Positions 38,919 to 50,337 of a DNA stretch of 64,000 bases are shown here, piece after piece. The stretch spans positions 2,736 through 66,735 of the forward strand of contig OMXV01000017.1 in assembly GCA_900315075.1 (NCBI GenBank), given 5' to 3'. The notes beneath the pieces were generated by a model, which worked only from the letters and a program-made list of their open reading frames with translations, searched no databases and was not told where the DNA came from. The position numbers and the translations under genes were made by a program. The first letter of the stretch is position 1. Each line of letters opens with the position of its first letter. Source of the stretch: an uncultured Prevotellaceae bacterium (GTDB lineage: Bacteria; Bacteroidota; Bacteroidia; Bacteroidales; Bacteroidaceae).

Positions 38919-39830
38919 TTACTTTTCATCTTCAATCAATTCCTCATCACTGTCAGCAGCAGTGTCGCGGTTGAAAATTTCTTGTGGAGGGACATAATTA
39001 ATGGTGAGTTTTTTCAAGTCGTAATAACTACCATTATATATATTAAGGTCAACATACCCCTTTATCCCAGGTAGTCGGCCCACATCTGTGTGCTGCCAGA
39101 ATTTCCATTTACCTTGATACTGTACTTCTGGCACATAATAATGGGCTATCCAATAAGGATAGTCGTCAAACCGCGGACCACTGAGATAAGCTTCCTTGAA
39201 TTTGTAATACGTATATATAATAGGTTTGGTGTGGTATTTATCTTCCACAATATGTAACCAAGCTAAGACTTCCTGTTGAAACTCCTCATCGGTCATTTCA
39301 TCAGCTTTGTGCTCCACATCAAGAACAGGCGGCAAGTCACCATTTTCCAGTTTCACATGGTCGAGAAAGAAATAAGCCTGTTCACGAGCAGTCGACTGAT
39401 TGCTCCAAAAATGATAGGCACCCCTTATGAAACCATGGTCGAGTGCTTGGTAAAAGTTATCCTCAAACCTCTCATCCACATGGTCGGCACCCTCTGTAGC
39501 CTTGATAATGACAAACCTGACAGGATTTTTAGCCACCATGGCATTTTTCAATTTTCCCCAATCTATGATTCCCTGGTGATGACTGATATCTATGCCATGA
39601 ATACCATCAATATTGGGATAGACGGGTTCACCATATTTTGCTCTCCATCTGAATCCAAATGGTTCAACAAAAAATGAATAGAACACCAATATATATACAA
39701 TGCCTAAGAAAAGAGCAACGACCCATCCTCGTTTCCGAGCGAAATAATTAAGGAAAGCCTTCACTTTCCTTCCTTTCTGCTGAGGTTGACCGAGATTTTC
39801 CTGTGGAGGATGTTGGTGCTTTCCTGACAT
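38919..39830 (-). CDS. GH25 lysozyme/muramidase with membrane anchor
   Basis: GIDISHHQG, IKATEG, GAYHF, LDVE, WQHTD, VDLN. Confidence 0.92.
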   Translation of the reverse strand: MSGKHQHPPQENLGQPQQKGRKVKAFLNYFARKRGWVVALFLGIVYILVFYSFFVEPFGFRWRAKYGEPVYPNIDGIHGIDISHHQGIIDWGKLKNAMVAKNPVRFVIIKATEGADHVDERFEDNFYQALDHGFIRGAYHFWSNQSTAREQAYFFLDHVKLENGDLPPVLDVEHKADEMTDEEFQQEVLAWLHIVEDKYHTKPIIYTYYKFKEAYLSGPRFDDYPYWIAHYYVPEVQYQGKWKFWQHTDVGRLPGIKGYVDLNIYNGSYYDLKKLTINYVPPQEIFNRDTAADSDEELIEDEK

Positions 39831-39859
39831 TAATATACTTGAGGTTAAGAATGTAAGAA

Positions 39860-39899
39860 CAACCGCCGACACTCCATACGTCACAAAGTGTCGGCGGTT
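39860..39899 (-). terminator. Terminator-like hairpin after pfp
   Basis: AACCGCCGACACT...AGTGTCGGCGGTT. Confidence 0.7.
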
Positions 39900-39913
39900 T
39901 GTTTTATCCGTAA

Positions 39914-41557
39914 TTATTTAGTTTTTTCCAATGCTAAAGTGATAGTAGTAGTATCACACACCTCAGCAGGACCCCAATACTGGATAGGACCGGGATATAC
40001 ATAGCAAGTCTCACGTGCCCATTTGTCACGAACAGCAGCGAAAGTCTTGAAGGGGTTGCCATCGAGCTTGACAAGTGCTTTCTTAATCACAGGCTTGTTC
40101 TCGCCATTGCGACGCTCAATGTTCATCATCATGGTGATAGGCACACCACCAGCTTTCCATTCATCACGAGGTGCTGTGGTATTCTGGACGATAGCCATGT
40201 AACCAGTCTTACCATTAGCGATAAGCTGTGCAGCGCTGGTGCCAAGTGCATAGCAGTAATCAGCATCGAAGTTCGACGGAGTAGCGCAACGACCCTCGTA
40301 ACCAAAGAAATGGTGAAGGGTTGCAAATTTGCCCACATACTTACCTTCCTTTGCCCATTTAGCTAATTTAGCTACACACATGTCGGAAAGCAGTTTCTCT
40401 GTCTCGATGAGCGACACCTGCACATTGCCGTGAGGATCGCGGTCGAGCGAAAGCTGATGAGCCACGTCTTCGGGTAATGTCTCAAATGTGGCAGCGTTCT
40501 CTGCGCTGAGGTGCTTGAGGATGTACTCACGCTGTGCCTCGGGCTCTAAGTCCTTGTACTCATCACCATGTGCTGCGAGCAAGTCATTGAGCTCGTCAAT
40601 CAACCTACCAATAGCGGGAATAAACTCAATAAGTCCCTCTGGCACAAGCACTACACCAAAATTATTGCCATCTTCTGCACGTTTTGCTACAGCGCAACAG
40701 ATTTGTTCAACGATGTCGTTGAGGGTTTGGTCCTTTGCCTCCACTTCCTCAGAAACGATACAGATGTTAGGCTGGCATTGCAAAGCGCATTCCAAAGCGA
40801 TATGGCTTGCTGAACGACCCATCAGTTTGATGAAATGCCAATATTTGCGAGCAGAATTGCAGTCGCGCTCAATATTACCGATAAGTTCAGAATAGGTCTT
40901 TGTGGCTGTGTCGAAGCCAAAACTTGTCTCTATCTGGTCGTTTTTCAAGTCGCCGTCGATAGTCTTCGGGCATCCTATTACCTGCACACCATAGTTCTTA
41001 GCAGCATAATACTCAGCGAGTACACATGCGTTTGTGTTGGAGTCGTCGCCACCAATGATGACGATGGCCTTGATGTTAAGTTCGCGAATCACCTCCAGGC
41101 CTTTCTCAAACTGTTCCTCTTTCTCAAGTTTCGTACGGCCGCTTCCAATCATATCAAAACCACCAGTATTACGATAGTTATCGATGATGTCGGCTGTCAA
41201 CTCTTTGTAATGATGATCGACCAGACCACCAGGACCCAAAATAAAACCATAGAGACGGTTCTCAGGATTCAATTTCTTCAGTGCATCGAAGATGCCACAA
41301 ATCACGTTATGTCCGCCAGGAGCCTGTCCTCCACTGAGGATAACTCCCACATTCATTGGCTCGTGCTCACAAGCCTCACCCTGTATGAATTCCACCAACG
41401 GCATACCGTAGGTATTGGGGAAGAGTTCCTTGATTTCTTTTTGATTGTCTACACTCTGAGTGGGCTCACCCTCTTTCACTTTCACTGCACCTTGAAGAGC
41501 TTTGGGCAATTTGGGCTGATATTTAGCCCTTGCCTGCTGCAATGCGCTTTTTTCCAT
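39914..41557 (-). CDS. pfp: Pyrophosphate-dependent phosphofructokinase
   Basis: [33 protein letters not shown]. Confidence 0.95.
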   Translation of the reverse strand: MEKSALQQARAKYQPKLPKALQGAVKVKEGEPTQSVDNQKEIKELFPNTYGMPLVEFIQGEACEHEPMNVGVILSGGQAPGGHNVICGIFDALKKLNPENRLYGFILGPGGLVDHHYKELTADIIDNYRNTGGFDMIGSGRTKLEKEEQFEKGLEVIRELNIKAIVIIGGDDSNTNACVLAEYYAAKNYGVQVIGCPKTIDGDLKNDQIETSFGFDTATKTYSELIGNIERDCNSARKYWHFIKLMGRSASHIALECALQCQPNICIVSEEVEAKDQTLNDIVEQICCAVAKRAEDGNNFGVVLVPEGLIEFIPAIGRLIDELNDLLAAHGDEYKDLEPEAQREYILKHLSAENAATFETLPEDVAHQLSLDRDPHGNVQVSLIETEKLLSDMCVAKLAKWAKEGKYVGKFATLHHFFGYEGRCATPSNFDADYCYALGTSAAQLIANGKTGYMAIVQNTTAPRDEWKAGGVPITMMMNIERRNGENKPVIKKALVKLDGNPFKTFAAVRDKWARETCYVYPGPIQYWGPAEVCDTTTITLALEKTK

Positions 41558-41817
41558 AATTGATCTTTTTCTTTATATATGTAAAAATGTATTTCCTTTA
41601 TCAATTCACAAACCTATAAAGTAGAGAATATCTTGAACCATATAATATTGTAGTCCTAATATAACCGTGCAAAATTACTCATTTTCCATGAGATAAATGA
41701 AATAATATATTCAAAATTTCAAAAGTTTGCATTTTTTTTGGCTTTACCCCTTGCAAATATGTTTTTTTTCATTATCTTTGCTTGAAATTGTATCACACCC
41801 CAAATTTAACTACAAAT

Positions 41818-42093
41818 ATGGCAAGCAAAAAAGGTTTAAAGAAAACCATCAATAACATCTGCACGGACATCTTCGCCGAGACCGTTGCAGCATCACTTTA
41901 CAGTGGTATTCCTCAGAATGACAATGTAGATTCACTTTTGAAATCAATTCTCAAAATTCGCGAAGACTTTGTCAGCCGCATCTCTCACCCTGAGCCTGGT
42001 ATGAGCAAGAAAAAATACTATGACCATCTGGCCAATGATTTCACTGAGCACATCATGGAGGTTATCGACCATATCGGAAACCTAAGCGCATAG
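41818..42093 (+). CDS. Small hypothetical protein
   Basis: ORF MASKKGLKK.. downstream of a TATCTTTG promoter (41773). Confidence 0.75.
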   Translation: MASKKGLKKTINNICTDIFAETVAASLYSGIPQNDNVDSLLKSILKIREDFVSRISHPEPGMSKKKYYDHLANDFTEHIMEVIDHIGNLSA

Positions 42094-42094
42094 C

Positions 42095-42667
42095 ATGGCC
42101 ATGTGGAAGAAATTTTGTAATTGGCTCTTGTACAAACGTATGGGGTGGACAAAAAATGTGACCGCCCCACATCCCGACAAATATATCATTTGTCTTGCAC
42201 CGCACACCAGCAATTGGGACTTTATTATCGGAAAGCTCTATTCTGGTGCAGAAGGCTGGAAAATCAATTTCCTGATGAAAAAGGAGTGGTTTTTCTGGCC
42301 ATTAGGTTATTTGTTTAAACGTATGGGAGGCATCCCCGTTTGGCGTGACAAACATACAAGCATGACCGACAATCTGGCTGAGACAGCCCGCAAGCTTGAC
42401 ACCTTCAAACTTACTATTACCCCAGAGGGCACACGGTCGGCCAACCCCAACTGGAAAAAAGGATTCTACATCATCGCACAGAAGGCAGGCATTCCGATTT
42501 TGCTCTACGGCCTGGATTACCAACGTAAATATATTGAATGCATCCACTCTATCATGCCTTCAGGCGACATTGAAAAAGAAATGCGGGAAATAAAGCGATA
42601 TTTCAAAGACTTCAAGGGAAAACATCCTGAAAATTTCACGATAGGAGAAGAAGACGTTGAGAGTTGA
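42095..42667 (+). CDS. 1-acyl-sn-glycerol-3-phosphate acyltransferase family
   Basis: PHTSNWD (HxxxxD), PEGTR. Confidence 0.9.
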   Translation: MAMWKKFCNWLLYKRMGWTKNVTAPHPDKYIICLAPHTSNWDFIIGKLYSGAEGWKINFLMKKEWFFWPLGYLFKRMGGIPVWRDKHTSMTDNLAETARKLDTFKLTITPEGTRSANPNWKKGFYIIAQKAGIPILLYGLDYQRKYIECIHSIMPSGDIEKEMREIKRYFKDFKGKHPENFTIGEEDVES

Positions 42668-42713
42668 GAATTCCTGAACTCCCCGACTTCTACATAAACA
42701 ACAATTGATTGGA

Positions 42714-45623
42714 ATGAATATTAGACTAAAAATGATTCAGAAATGGTGGTGTGTATTGGCATTTTGTGTACTTTCCCCCACCATTGCAACTGCGCAAACC
42801 TCATCCGATAAAGCAAGCCTTGACCGTACGCTCAAAAGTTATTTTGAAAATTACGGCGAGGGGCTTTCCGGCTTTCCTGTGCGTTCTACACTTGAGTCGT
42901 GTGTCGTGAGCAACGACAGCCGACACATCACTATTACCGCCGACACCAAATTCTCGGAACAAGAGTTCACGCCTGAGGTAGTGAAGAGAATCTACCAACA
43001 GATAGAAAACAGACTGCCCAACGCCTATCGAGGATACAAGATAACGGTGCGCACCCACGGAAAATCTATCGACGATCTCATACCAAGCCGACTTGACGAC
43101 CATCCCGACAAAAGTCGCACATGGCAGGGATTAGAATACGAAGGACGGCCATGGGTCACCAACCTCTCACGCCCCAACGAAATTTCACGTGGTCTGGAAG
43201 GACGACACCTCAGTGTTGCAGCAAGCCATGGACGCTATTATGACATAGGTAAAGGCGCATGGAAATGGCAACGACCGAATCTTTTCTGTACTACTGAGGA
43301 CCTTTTCACACAGACCATCGTTATCCCCTATCTCATTCCCATGCTTGAGAACGCCGGGGCAGTGGTGTGGTCACCACGCGAGCGCGACTGGCAGCGTAAT
43401 GAGGTGATTGTGGATAATGACAATGGTCCAACCTATTATAAAGAGACTGTGGGCAGTTCCGAATGGGGCACAGCACCAGGCAGTGGATTTGCCAACATTG
43501 CGCGCCTGACAAGCCACGAAAACCCCTTCAAGTCGGGTACTGCTCGCATGGCCATGGCATCATCAAAAAAGAATGTCAGCCAGGCACAATACCTGCCCAA
43601 CATCCCTGAAGCAGGAAAATATGCTGTCTATGTGAGTTACCAAACACTCGACAACTCTATCGACGATGCACAATATACCGTCATCCACAAAGGCCAGCAG
43701 ACCACTTTCTGTGTCAATCAGCGTATGGGTGGCGGAACGTGGGTTTATTTAGGCACCTTTGACTTCGATGCTGGTTGCAGCAGACGCAACATGGTGGTGC
43801 TGACCAACTATAGCAAGCAACATGGAGTAGTCACTGCCGACGCTGTGCGATTCGGTGGTGGTATGGGCAACGTCGTGCGAGGCGGAAGCACAAGTGGCAT
43901 GCCTCGTTGTCTGGAAGGAACACGCTACGCCGCACAATGGGGAGGAGCACCCGACAGTGTCTATTGCCGCTACCATGAAGACTATAAAGACGACTATACC
44001 GCCCGCACCTACTATGGCACATGGCTCGCAGGAGGTTCAACCTATGCCCCCACCTATAGAGGACTTGGTGTACCATTGGAACTGGTGCTATCGGTACACA
44101 GCGATGCTGGCTACGACAAAAATGGTGGCAACGACCTCGTGGGCACACTATCTATCTGCAGCACCGATTACACAAAAGGGAAATTGAATGCCGGCATCTC
44201 GAGGTGGGCATCCTACGACCTGGCCGATGCGCTGCTCTACAATGCCTACGCCGACCTTCAAGGAAAGTTTGGCAACTGGAAACGACGGGTGCTATACAAC
44301 CGCAACTATAGCGAGACGCGAGAGCCGGTTGTACCTTCAGCTATCCTCGAGACCATGTCGCACCAGAACTTTGGTGACATGCGCTTTGGTCTCGATCCAA
44401 ACTTCAGATTCTACTTAGCACGGTCTATCTATAAGACACTACTACGTGAAATCAGCTTCACACACGGTACGAAATATGTGGTACAACCTTTAGCACCGCG
44501 CAATTTCCGCATCGAACTATCGTCGCACGACAAATTAAAATTGAGTTGGAATCCAGTGAAAGACCCACAGGAACCATCTGCCAATCCATCTGAATACATC
44601 CTCTACACCGCCACCAACAATAGTGGCTTCGATAATGGCATCGTGGTCAAGGGTACCTCATGCACGGTGAATGCCCAACCAGGTGTACTATATCACTTTA
44701 AGTTGACAGCTTGCAACAAAGGCGGTGAAAGTTTTCCCACAGAGGTATTATCGGCTTGCGTGCAACCAAATGCAAAGAAGACAGTGATGATAGTAAATGG
44801 ATTCCATCGCCTGTCATCACCTACTATAGTGGATAATGGCAATCAAAAAGGCTTCGACCTCGACGACGACATTGGTGTTACATACGGACGTACCTGTGGA
44901 TGGAGCGGTCGGCAAACCATCTTCGACAACTCCAAACGCGGACGTGAAGGGCCAGGAGCATTGGGCTACTGTAGTGAAGAACTAATTGGACGGTTCATCG
45001 AAGGCAACAACTTCGATTACGTCATCACGCACGCAGAAGCCATCAATTCAGCCAAGAAATACAATATCGTGAGTTGCTCAAGTGAGGCTTTGGAATCTGG
45101 CAAGGCCAAGACACACGACATCGACTGCATCGACCTGCTCTTAGGTCTGGAAAAGGATGACGGACACTCGCTGCTGATGTATAAGACTTTCTCGACCGAT
45201 ATGCAGAAACGCCTGCGCTCATACGTCAACAACCATGGAAGTCTACTAATCAGCGGTTCCTACGTGAGCAGCGACATGTCGGCTCCTTTTGAGCAGCAAT
45301 TCCTTGCCGAGGTACTCAAGCTGCGTCATGGAGGCAACGACCGCAGCAATACCAATGGTATGATTGAGGGTCTGGGCATGAAATTCGACACATACCGCAC
45401 ACTCAACGAGCAACATTATGCTGCCACCTCACCAGATGTGCTACAGCACCTCTCCACATCAAGTTGTGTGATGAGATATTCCGACGGCAGGGATGCCGCT
45501 GTGGCATATAGTGGTCGCGACTACCGCTGTCTGACCATGGGTTTCCCATTTGAGTGCATTAAGGATGCAACACAGCGGAATGCCATCATGCGAGGTATTC
45601 TCAATTATCTGATTAGCAAATAA
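42714..45623 (+). CDS. Multidomain secreted protein: amidase_3-like, golvesin/xanthan-lyase-like and FN3 domains
   Basis: SHG, HSDA, LETMSH amidase-like motifs; ADAVRF; N.GGESFP FN3 end. Confidence 0.7.
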   Translation: MNIRLKMIQKWWCVLAFCVLSPTIATAQTSSDKASLDRTLKSYFENYGEGLSGFPVRSTLESCVVSNDSRHITITADTKFSEQEFTPEVVKRIYQQIENRLPNAYRGYKITVRTHGKSIDDLIPSRLDDHPDKSRTWQGLEYEGRPWVTNLSRPNEISRGLEGRHLSVAASHGRYYDIGKGAWKWQRPNLFCTTEDLFTQTIVIPYLIPMLENAGAVVWSPRERDWQRNEVIVDNDNGPTYYKETVGSSEWGTAPGSGFANIARLTSHENPFKSGTARMAMASSKKNVSQAQYLPNIPEAGKYAVYVSYQTLDNSIDDAQYTVIHKGQQTTFCVNQRMGGGTWVYLGTFDFDAGCSRRNMVVLTNYSKQHGVVTADAVRFGGGMGNVVRGGSTSGMPRCLEGTRYAAQWGGAPDSVYCRYHEDYKDDYTARTYYGTWLAGGSTYAPTYRGLGVPLELVLSVHSDAGYDKNGGNDLVGTLSICSTDYTKGKLNAGISRWASYDLADALLYNAYADLQGKFGNWKRRVLYNRNYSETREPVVPSAILETMSHQNFGDMRFGLDPNFRFYLARSIYKTLLREISFTHGTKYVVQPLAPRNFRIELSSHDKLKLSWNPVKDPQEPSANPSEYILYTATNNSGFDNGIVVKGTSCTVNAQPGVLYHFKLTACNKGGESFPTEVLSACVQPNAKKTVMIVNGFHRLSSPTIVDNGNQKGFDLDDDIGVTYGRTCGWSGRQTIFDNSKRGREGPGALGYCSEELIGRFIEGNNFDYVITHAEAINSAKKYNIVSCSSEALESGKAKTHDIDCIDLLLGLEKDDGHSLLMYKTFSTDMQKRLRSYVNNHGSLLISGSYVSSDMSAPFEQQFLAEVLKLRHGGNDRSNTNGMIEGLGMKFDTYRTLNEQHYAATSPDVLQHLSTSSCVMRYSDGRDAAVAYSGRDYRCLTMGFPFECIKDATQRNAIMRGILNYLISK

Positions 45624-45682
45624 GAGTTGAGAGTTGAGATTTAAGATTTGAGGCTAAATCGAAAACATAAAATACAATCATT

Positions 45683-46024
45683 ATGCAGAAAATACAGGCG
45701 AATTTATCCGGCACCCGTAGTATCAATGTAGAAGACATCCACTTACAGACACTCCTACGTTACAAACTGCTTGACAACTTAGTAGATAGCAACGGTATCG
45801 TGGATGAAAGCGTGCTCGACAAGTTGAAATTCAACATCCGTTCCCTACTCAGTTCCGATGCTGGTAAGGACAAGGAATTGCTCAACCTGTGTCTTGACGT
45901 GGTCTATCATAGCAATATGAAGGCGTTAGGACTCTCCAACCTCATCAAGTTGTATAACGAGTGGATAAAAGAACATCCTGAATCAGAGAATACAGAGGAA
46001 ACAGCTGCCACTGAAACTGATTAA
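45683..46024 (+). CDS. Hypothetical protein
   Basis: 113-aa ORF coupled (TAATG) to the YgiQ gene. Confidence 0.75.
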   Translation: MQKIQANLSGTRSINVEDIHLQTLLRYKLLDNLVDSNGIVDESVLDKLKFNIRSLLSSDAGKDKELLNLCLDVVYHSNMKALGLSNLIKLYNEWIKEHPESENTEETAATETD

Positions 46025-47985
46025 TGCCTGCAACGACACACCTGCTCAGCGAATGGCTACCCACCACGAAAAAAGAAATGTTACTGCGTGGATGGGAGGA
46101 ACTCGACGTGGTGCTCTTCTCTGGAGATGCCTACGTTGATCACCCTTCGTTTGGCGCAGCCGTTGTAGGGCGGGTCATCGAAGCAGCTGGCTGGCGTGTT
46201 GCCATTGTTCCACAACCCGACTGGCACGGCGATTATCGCGATTTTAAAAAGATGGGCCGTCCACGCTTGTTTTTCGGCATCTCACCAGGGTGTATGGACT
46301 CGATGGTGAACAAATATACTGCCAACAAGCGCCTACGCTCTGAAGATGCTTACAGCCCCGATGGGCGGCACGACTGCCGACCAGAATACCCCACTATCGT
46401 CTATAGCAAGATACTCAAACAATTATATCCCGACGTACCCGTGGTTTTAGGAGGGATTGAAGCATCAATGCGACGGCTCACCCACTACGACTACTGGCAA
46501 GACCGACTGATGAAGTGCATACTCTATGAGTCGGGAGCCGACATGATTGTCTATGGCATGGGCGAGAGACCCATCGTGGAATTGTGTAAACGATTGGCAG
46601 CAGGACAAAATATCTGCGATATACGCGACCTGCCTCAGACGGTGTTCATCGCAAAGAAAGACGACATCCCCGGAGGCATACAAGATGACGACATCGTGCT
46701 CCATAGCCATGAGAAATGTCTGCGAGACAAAAGAGCTGAGGCAGAAAACTACCGGCACATCGAAGAAGAGTCGAACAAGGTGCATGCCAGCAGGCTTATC
46801 CAGCAGACAGGCAGCCACTACACTGTGGTCAATCCTCCCTACCCTCCTATGACCACCGCAGAGATTGATGCTTCGTTCGACCTTCCCTACACCCGATTGC
46901 CCCACCCCAAATACAAAGGAAAACGCATCCCAGCATACGAGATGATCAAGCTATCGGTGAATCTCCACCGTGGCTGCTTCGGTGGCTGTGCGTTCTGCAC
47001 CATCAGTGCACACCAAGGCAAATTCGTCGTGTCGAGAAGCAAAGAAAGCATTCTACGAGAAGTGCGCCAAGTGATGGAGAATCCCGACTTCAAGGGTTAT
47101 CTCAGCGACTTAGGTGGGCCATCGGCCAACATGTATGCCATGGGGGGAAAAAACAAAAAAATCTGTGAGCGTTGCAAGCGTCCTTCTTGCATCCACCCAA
47201 GAATATGCCCCAACCTAAATGCCGACCCTACCAAGCTGTTAGAAATCTACCATGCTGTAGATAGTCTGCCTGGAATGAAAAAGAGTTTTATCGGCAGTGG
47301 TGTTCGCTATGACATGCTATTGCATCGTACAGGCGACGAGCAGACCGACAAAGCCATCCAGGCATACACACGCGAACTTATCTGTCGCCATGTGAGTGGG
47401 CGACTGAAAGTGGCACCCGAACATACCAGCGACCATGTACTCTCGCTGATGCGCAAACCGTCGTTTGAACAGTTCATCCAGTTCAAGCGCATCTTCGACC
47501 AAGTTAACCGCGAGGAAAGTCTCAACCAACAGATTATCCCTTATTTCATCAGCAGCCACCCTGGGTGCCATGAGGAAGATATGGCAGAATTGGCCGTAGC
47601 TACCAAGCGCCTCGATTTCCAGCTTGAACAAATTCAGGACTTCACTCCCACCCCTATGACCATCAGCACAGAGATGTGGTACACGGGGTATGACCCCTAC
47701 ACGCTGGAGCCTGTATTCAGTGCGCGTGACGCACGTGAGAAACTTGCTCAGCGGCAATTCTTCTTTTGGTACAAGCCTGAAGAGCGAAGGAAAATCGAAC
47801 AGGAACTACGACGAATCGGCCGTGCAGACCTTATTCCTGTGCTATTAGGTGACAATAGAAAATTCACAATGAGAAACACACATGAAAATGGAAACAAAAA
47901 GACAACAAATCGTCATCAAGGAGCAACACCTGATGGGCAAAAGAGATCTGGAGACATGCGAGGACGGCATCGTCGCCACAGATGA
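46024..47985 (+). CDS. YgiQ family radical SAM protein
   Basis: GDAYVDHPSFG, RGCFGGCAFC, DLGGPSANMY, KVAPEH. Confidence 0.95.
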   Translation: MPATTHLLSEWLPTTKKEMLLRGWEELDVVLFSGDAYVDHPSFGAAVVGRVIEAAGWRVAIVPQPDWHGDYRDFKKMGRPRLFFGISPGCMDSMVNKYTANKRLRSEDAYSPDGRHDCRPEYPTIVYSKILKQLYPDVPVVLGGIEASMRRLTHYDYWQDRLMKCILYESGADMIVYGMGERPIVELCKRLAAGQNICDIRDLPQTVFIAKKDDIPGGIQDDDIVLHSHEKCLRDKRAEAENYRHIEEESNKVHASRLIQQTGSHYTVVNPPYPPMTTAEIDASFDLPYTRLPHPKYKGKRIPAYEMIKLSVNLHRGCFGGCAFCTISAHQGKFVVSRSKESILREVRQVMENPDFKGYLSDLGGPSANMYAMGGKNKKICERCKRPSCIHPRICPNLNADPTKLLEIYHAVDSLPGMKKSFIGSGVRYDMLLHRTGDEQTDKAIQAYTRELICRHVSGRLKVAPEHTSDHVLSLMRKPSFEQFIQFKRIFDQVNREESLNQQIIPYFISSHPGCHEEDMAELAVATKRLDFQLEQIQDFTPTPMTISTEMWYTGYDPYTLEPVFSARDAREKLAQRQFFFWYKPEERRKIEQELRRIGRADLIPVLLGDNRKFTMRNTHENGNKKTTNRHQGATPDGQKRSGDMRGRHRRHR

Positions 47986-48724
47986 CTTTGTGGCAGTCAT
48001 CGATGGTAGCACCAGTAAAGCGCGGCAGCAACTCTCCACCGAAATGCGCAACGGCAAGTTTGCAATGCTTCTGTTGAAGGAAACCATCACGAAACTCCCC
48101 CAGAATGTCGCAAAAGACCAATTCTGCGCCATTGCCACCGATGTCATTGCCTCGGTTTATGAACAACACAATATTAGTAAAAATCGTCTGGTGGAACATC
48201 CAGAGGAGCGCCTTACCGCCAGCATCTGCATCTTCAGTCTTTTTAGAAAAGAAATATGGATGATTGGTGATTGCCAATGTCTCTGCAATGGTCGCTATTA
48301 CGACAATCCCAAGCCACACGAGGCACCTGTGGCAAATCGTCGTTCCAAACTCATCCATGAAATGATTTCCGGTGGCACATACACTGTGAAACAACTATTA
48401 GCACACGACTATGCCCGTGATGCTGTCGTGGCTGACATTATAGAATCTTGCCATCACCAGAACATCGATTTTTCTGTTATCGATGGTTTTCCCGTAGCAT
48501 TAGACAAAGTGGTCACCATCCATGCTGATACTTCAAGCGACATCGTGCTTGCCTCAGATGGTTATCCTTTTCTCTTGCCCACATTAAACGAGAGTGAAAA
48601 AGCGCTCACGCAGCAACTGTCCAACGACCCATTATGTTACCAAACCTTTCTTGCTACAAAAGGAAAAATCGACGGCAATGTCTCCTTCGACGACAGAGCC
48701 TATATCAGATTTTGTGTAGAATAG
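47882..48724 (+). CDS. PP2C-like phosphatase-fold hypothetical protein
   Basis: CEDG, VIDG, IGDC, LASDG, DDR motifs. Confidence 0.7.
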   Translation: MKMETKRQQIVIKEQHLMGKRDLETCEDGIVATDDFVAVIDGSTSKARQQLSTEMRNGKFAMLLLKETITKLPQNVAKDQFCAIATDVIASVYEQHNISKNRLVEHPEERLTASICIFSLFRKEIWMIGDCQCLCNGRYYDNPKPHEAPVANRRSKLIHEMISGGTYTVKQLLAHDYARDAVVADIIESCHHQNIDFSVIDGFPVALDKVVTIHADTSSDIVLASDGYPFLLPTLNESEKALTQQLSNDPLCYQTFLATKGKIDGNVSFDDRAYIRFCVE

Positions 48725-48730
48725 CCAAAA

Positions 48731-49729
48731 TCAATACACAACTATGGTTCGGAACCAGTCTTGCAAGATACCTGCATATTGATATTGCGAATCGGAGACG
48801 AGCACAATCACCTGACCTCCATCCTCAAGCCGTGGGCCAAGGCACATTCCCTCGTAGTTGGCAAAATCGAAAGACAGCAATCCTATAGAAGTGGTCCATT
48901 CCGCCACGAGTGTCTTTTTCAGCTCTTTTGCCTTGTTGATTTTCTTGCCATTTATTGCCATCTCTTTCGCTGGCAAGACACTATAAATGACGCATCTGAC
49001 AAAGGCGCCAATCTTCACGTCTGGGATATGAGCCTCCCGCTCAAGCACGAGGAGTCGGCCATCATCAAGAGCCGTCAGAGCACTGACACCCAACACATAA
49101 GTCTTTGCGCCACTCTTCGCTGTGGGTTTATCCATCACATATAAGTATTGCTCACAAGGTCTCAGATTGTCATCAAACGATTGCAACCTCAGTTTGTTAC
49201 CAATTCTATTTCTTAGCGATGCTTCTTTTCCGTCGCACGGAAGTGTACTTTCGGTGGTGGTCCAAAAACGATGTGTTGCGGCATTATAAGTTAGCGCCTC
49301 CAAACCATATGTCGAGGTAGCCTTGGAAAAGACAGATGGCAAAGTCAATTTGCGACCTGTAGCCTGGCCATCAAGCATATATTCCCGAACCTGATTATCA
49401 GCTTCACCGCTAATAAACAAAGATTGTTTGGAAGGGAAGAAGGCTATTCCCTCATTGTCACGCCCACGGCCGTCATTACCGACAAAATCCTGTCGGACAA
49501 CATTCGTGATCATTCCTTTTTCATCTAAGGAAATAGTGAAACGGAAGAAACCATCCTGACGTTCTTTGTCCGACACAACTGCATACTGATCATCACCCAG
49601 CCAAGTGATGCCACTATATCCCCCTGCCGGTATCTTTTCTGGGAACGACACTTGTTCATGCACCAACACAGACTGAGCCATAGCAGTGATAATAGACATC
49701 AACATCAATAGAAGGATTGTTTTTCTCAT
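48731..49729 (-). CDS. Esterase-like activity of phytase family protein
   Basis: YSGI, VVSD, DNEGI, GLEAL, LER, NYEG. Confidence 0.8.
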   Translation of the reverse strand: MRKTILLLMLMSIITAMAQSVLVHEQVSFPEKIPAGGYSGITWLGDDQYAVVSDKERQDGFFRFTISLDEKGMITNVVRQDFVGNDGRGRDNEGIAFFPSKQSLFISGEADNQVREYMLDGQATGRKLTLPSVFSKATSTYGLEALTYNAATHRFWTTTESTLPCDGKEASLRNRIGNKLRLQSFDDNLRPCEQYLYVMDKPTAKSGAKTYVLGVSALTALDDGRLLVLEREAHIPDVKIGAFVRCVIYSVLPAKEMAINGKKINKAKELKKTLVAEWTTSIGLLSFDFANYEGMCLGPRLEDGGQVIVLVSDSQYQYAGILQDWFRTIVVY

Positions 49730-50337
49730 AAGATAGAATAAGTTAAGACGTATTCCTTATTGATCTGATAATACACTTGCACAGAGTTTCCCCTTTTTAG
49801 ATTCTCCACTTCCAAGTTTCCTTCCGCAAGGACCTGAAAAGGCACCACTCTCATTTCGTCATACCAGAGGCTGTCTTCGGAAAAAAGTTTATAGACAGTC
49901 TCTTTGGCACTCCACATGATTAGCAAGGATTTCACATCCTCGGTCCACTCATCTTCACGTACGAACCGTTTTGCCACTCGGCTCACACGGTCGCTATTGT
50001 ATTCCACATCCACCCCCACGGGATGATGCTCAGAAATGACAACCGCTACGATACCCTTAGTGTGAGAGATGCTGATATGTCGTCCGTCAGTAAGCAAGGG
50101 CTTTCCTGATTCATTGTAGGAAACTTCAGGCAATGCACCATCGTTCATTTCCACCATCAATGCTCTTACACTCATGCGTTCGCGGCGCTTCCCCTCGTAT
50201 TTGAAGCGTTGACAGGCTTCTGCATATACCTCACTTAACATAGGATATTGCCGCGCCAATTCCTCGGCACATTCATCCATTGACCAAAGACCCAGCAAGG
50301 TATCATCTGCGATATGTTGGATTTGGAGCAGCGGCAT
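49726..50337 (-). CDS. 4'-phosphopantetheinyl transferase (Sfp-like)
   Basis: GKP, SISH, VGVDVE, WSAKETVYK. Confidence 0.9.
   Translation of the reverse strand: MPLLQIQHIADDTLLGLWSMDECAEELARQYPMLSEVYAEACQRFKYEGKRRERMSVRALMVEMNDGALPEVSYNESGKPLLTDGRHISISHTKGIVAVVISEHHPVGVDVEYNSDRVSRVAKRFVREDEWTEDVKSLLIMWSAKETVYKLFSEDSLWYDEMRVVPFQVLAEGNLEVENLKRGNSVQVYYQINKEYVLTYSIL

Noticed and set aside
39831-39884. Extended start of the GH25 gene
   Set aside because: Overlaps the pfp terminator hairpin; the ATG at 39830 is preferred.
46024-47985. YgiQ or AmrS radical SAM enzymes as maturases for the MKKYxKP peptides
   Set aside because: Both are recognisable families without RRE or SPASM features and are not linked to the peptides.
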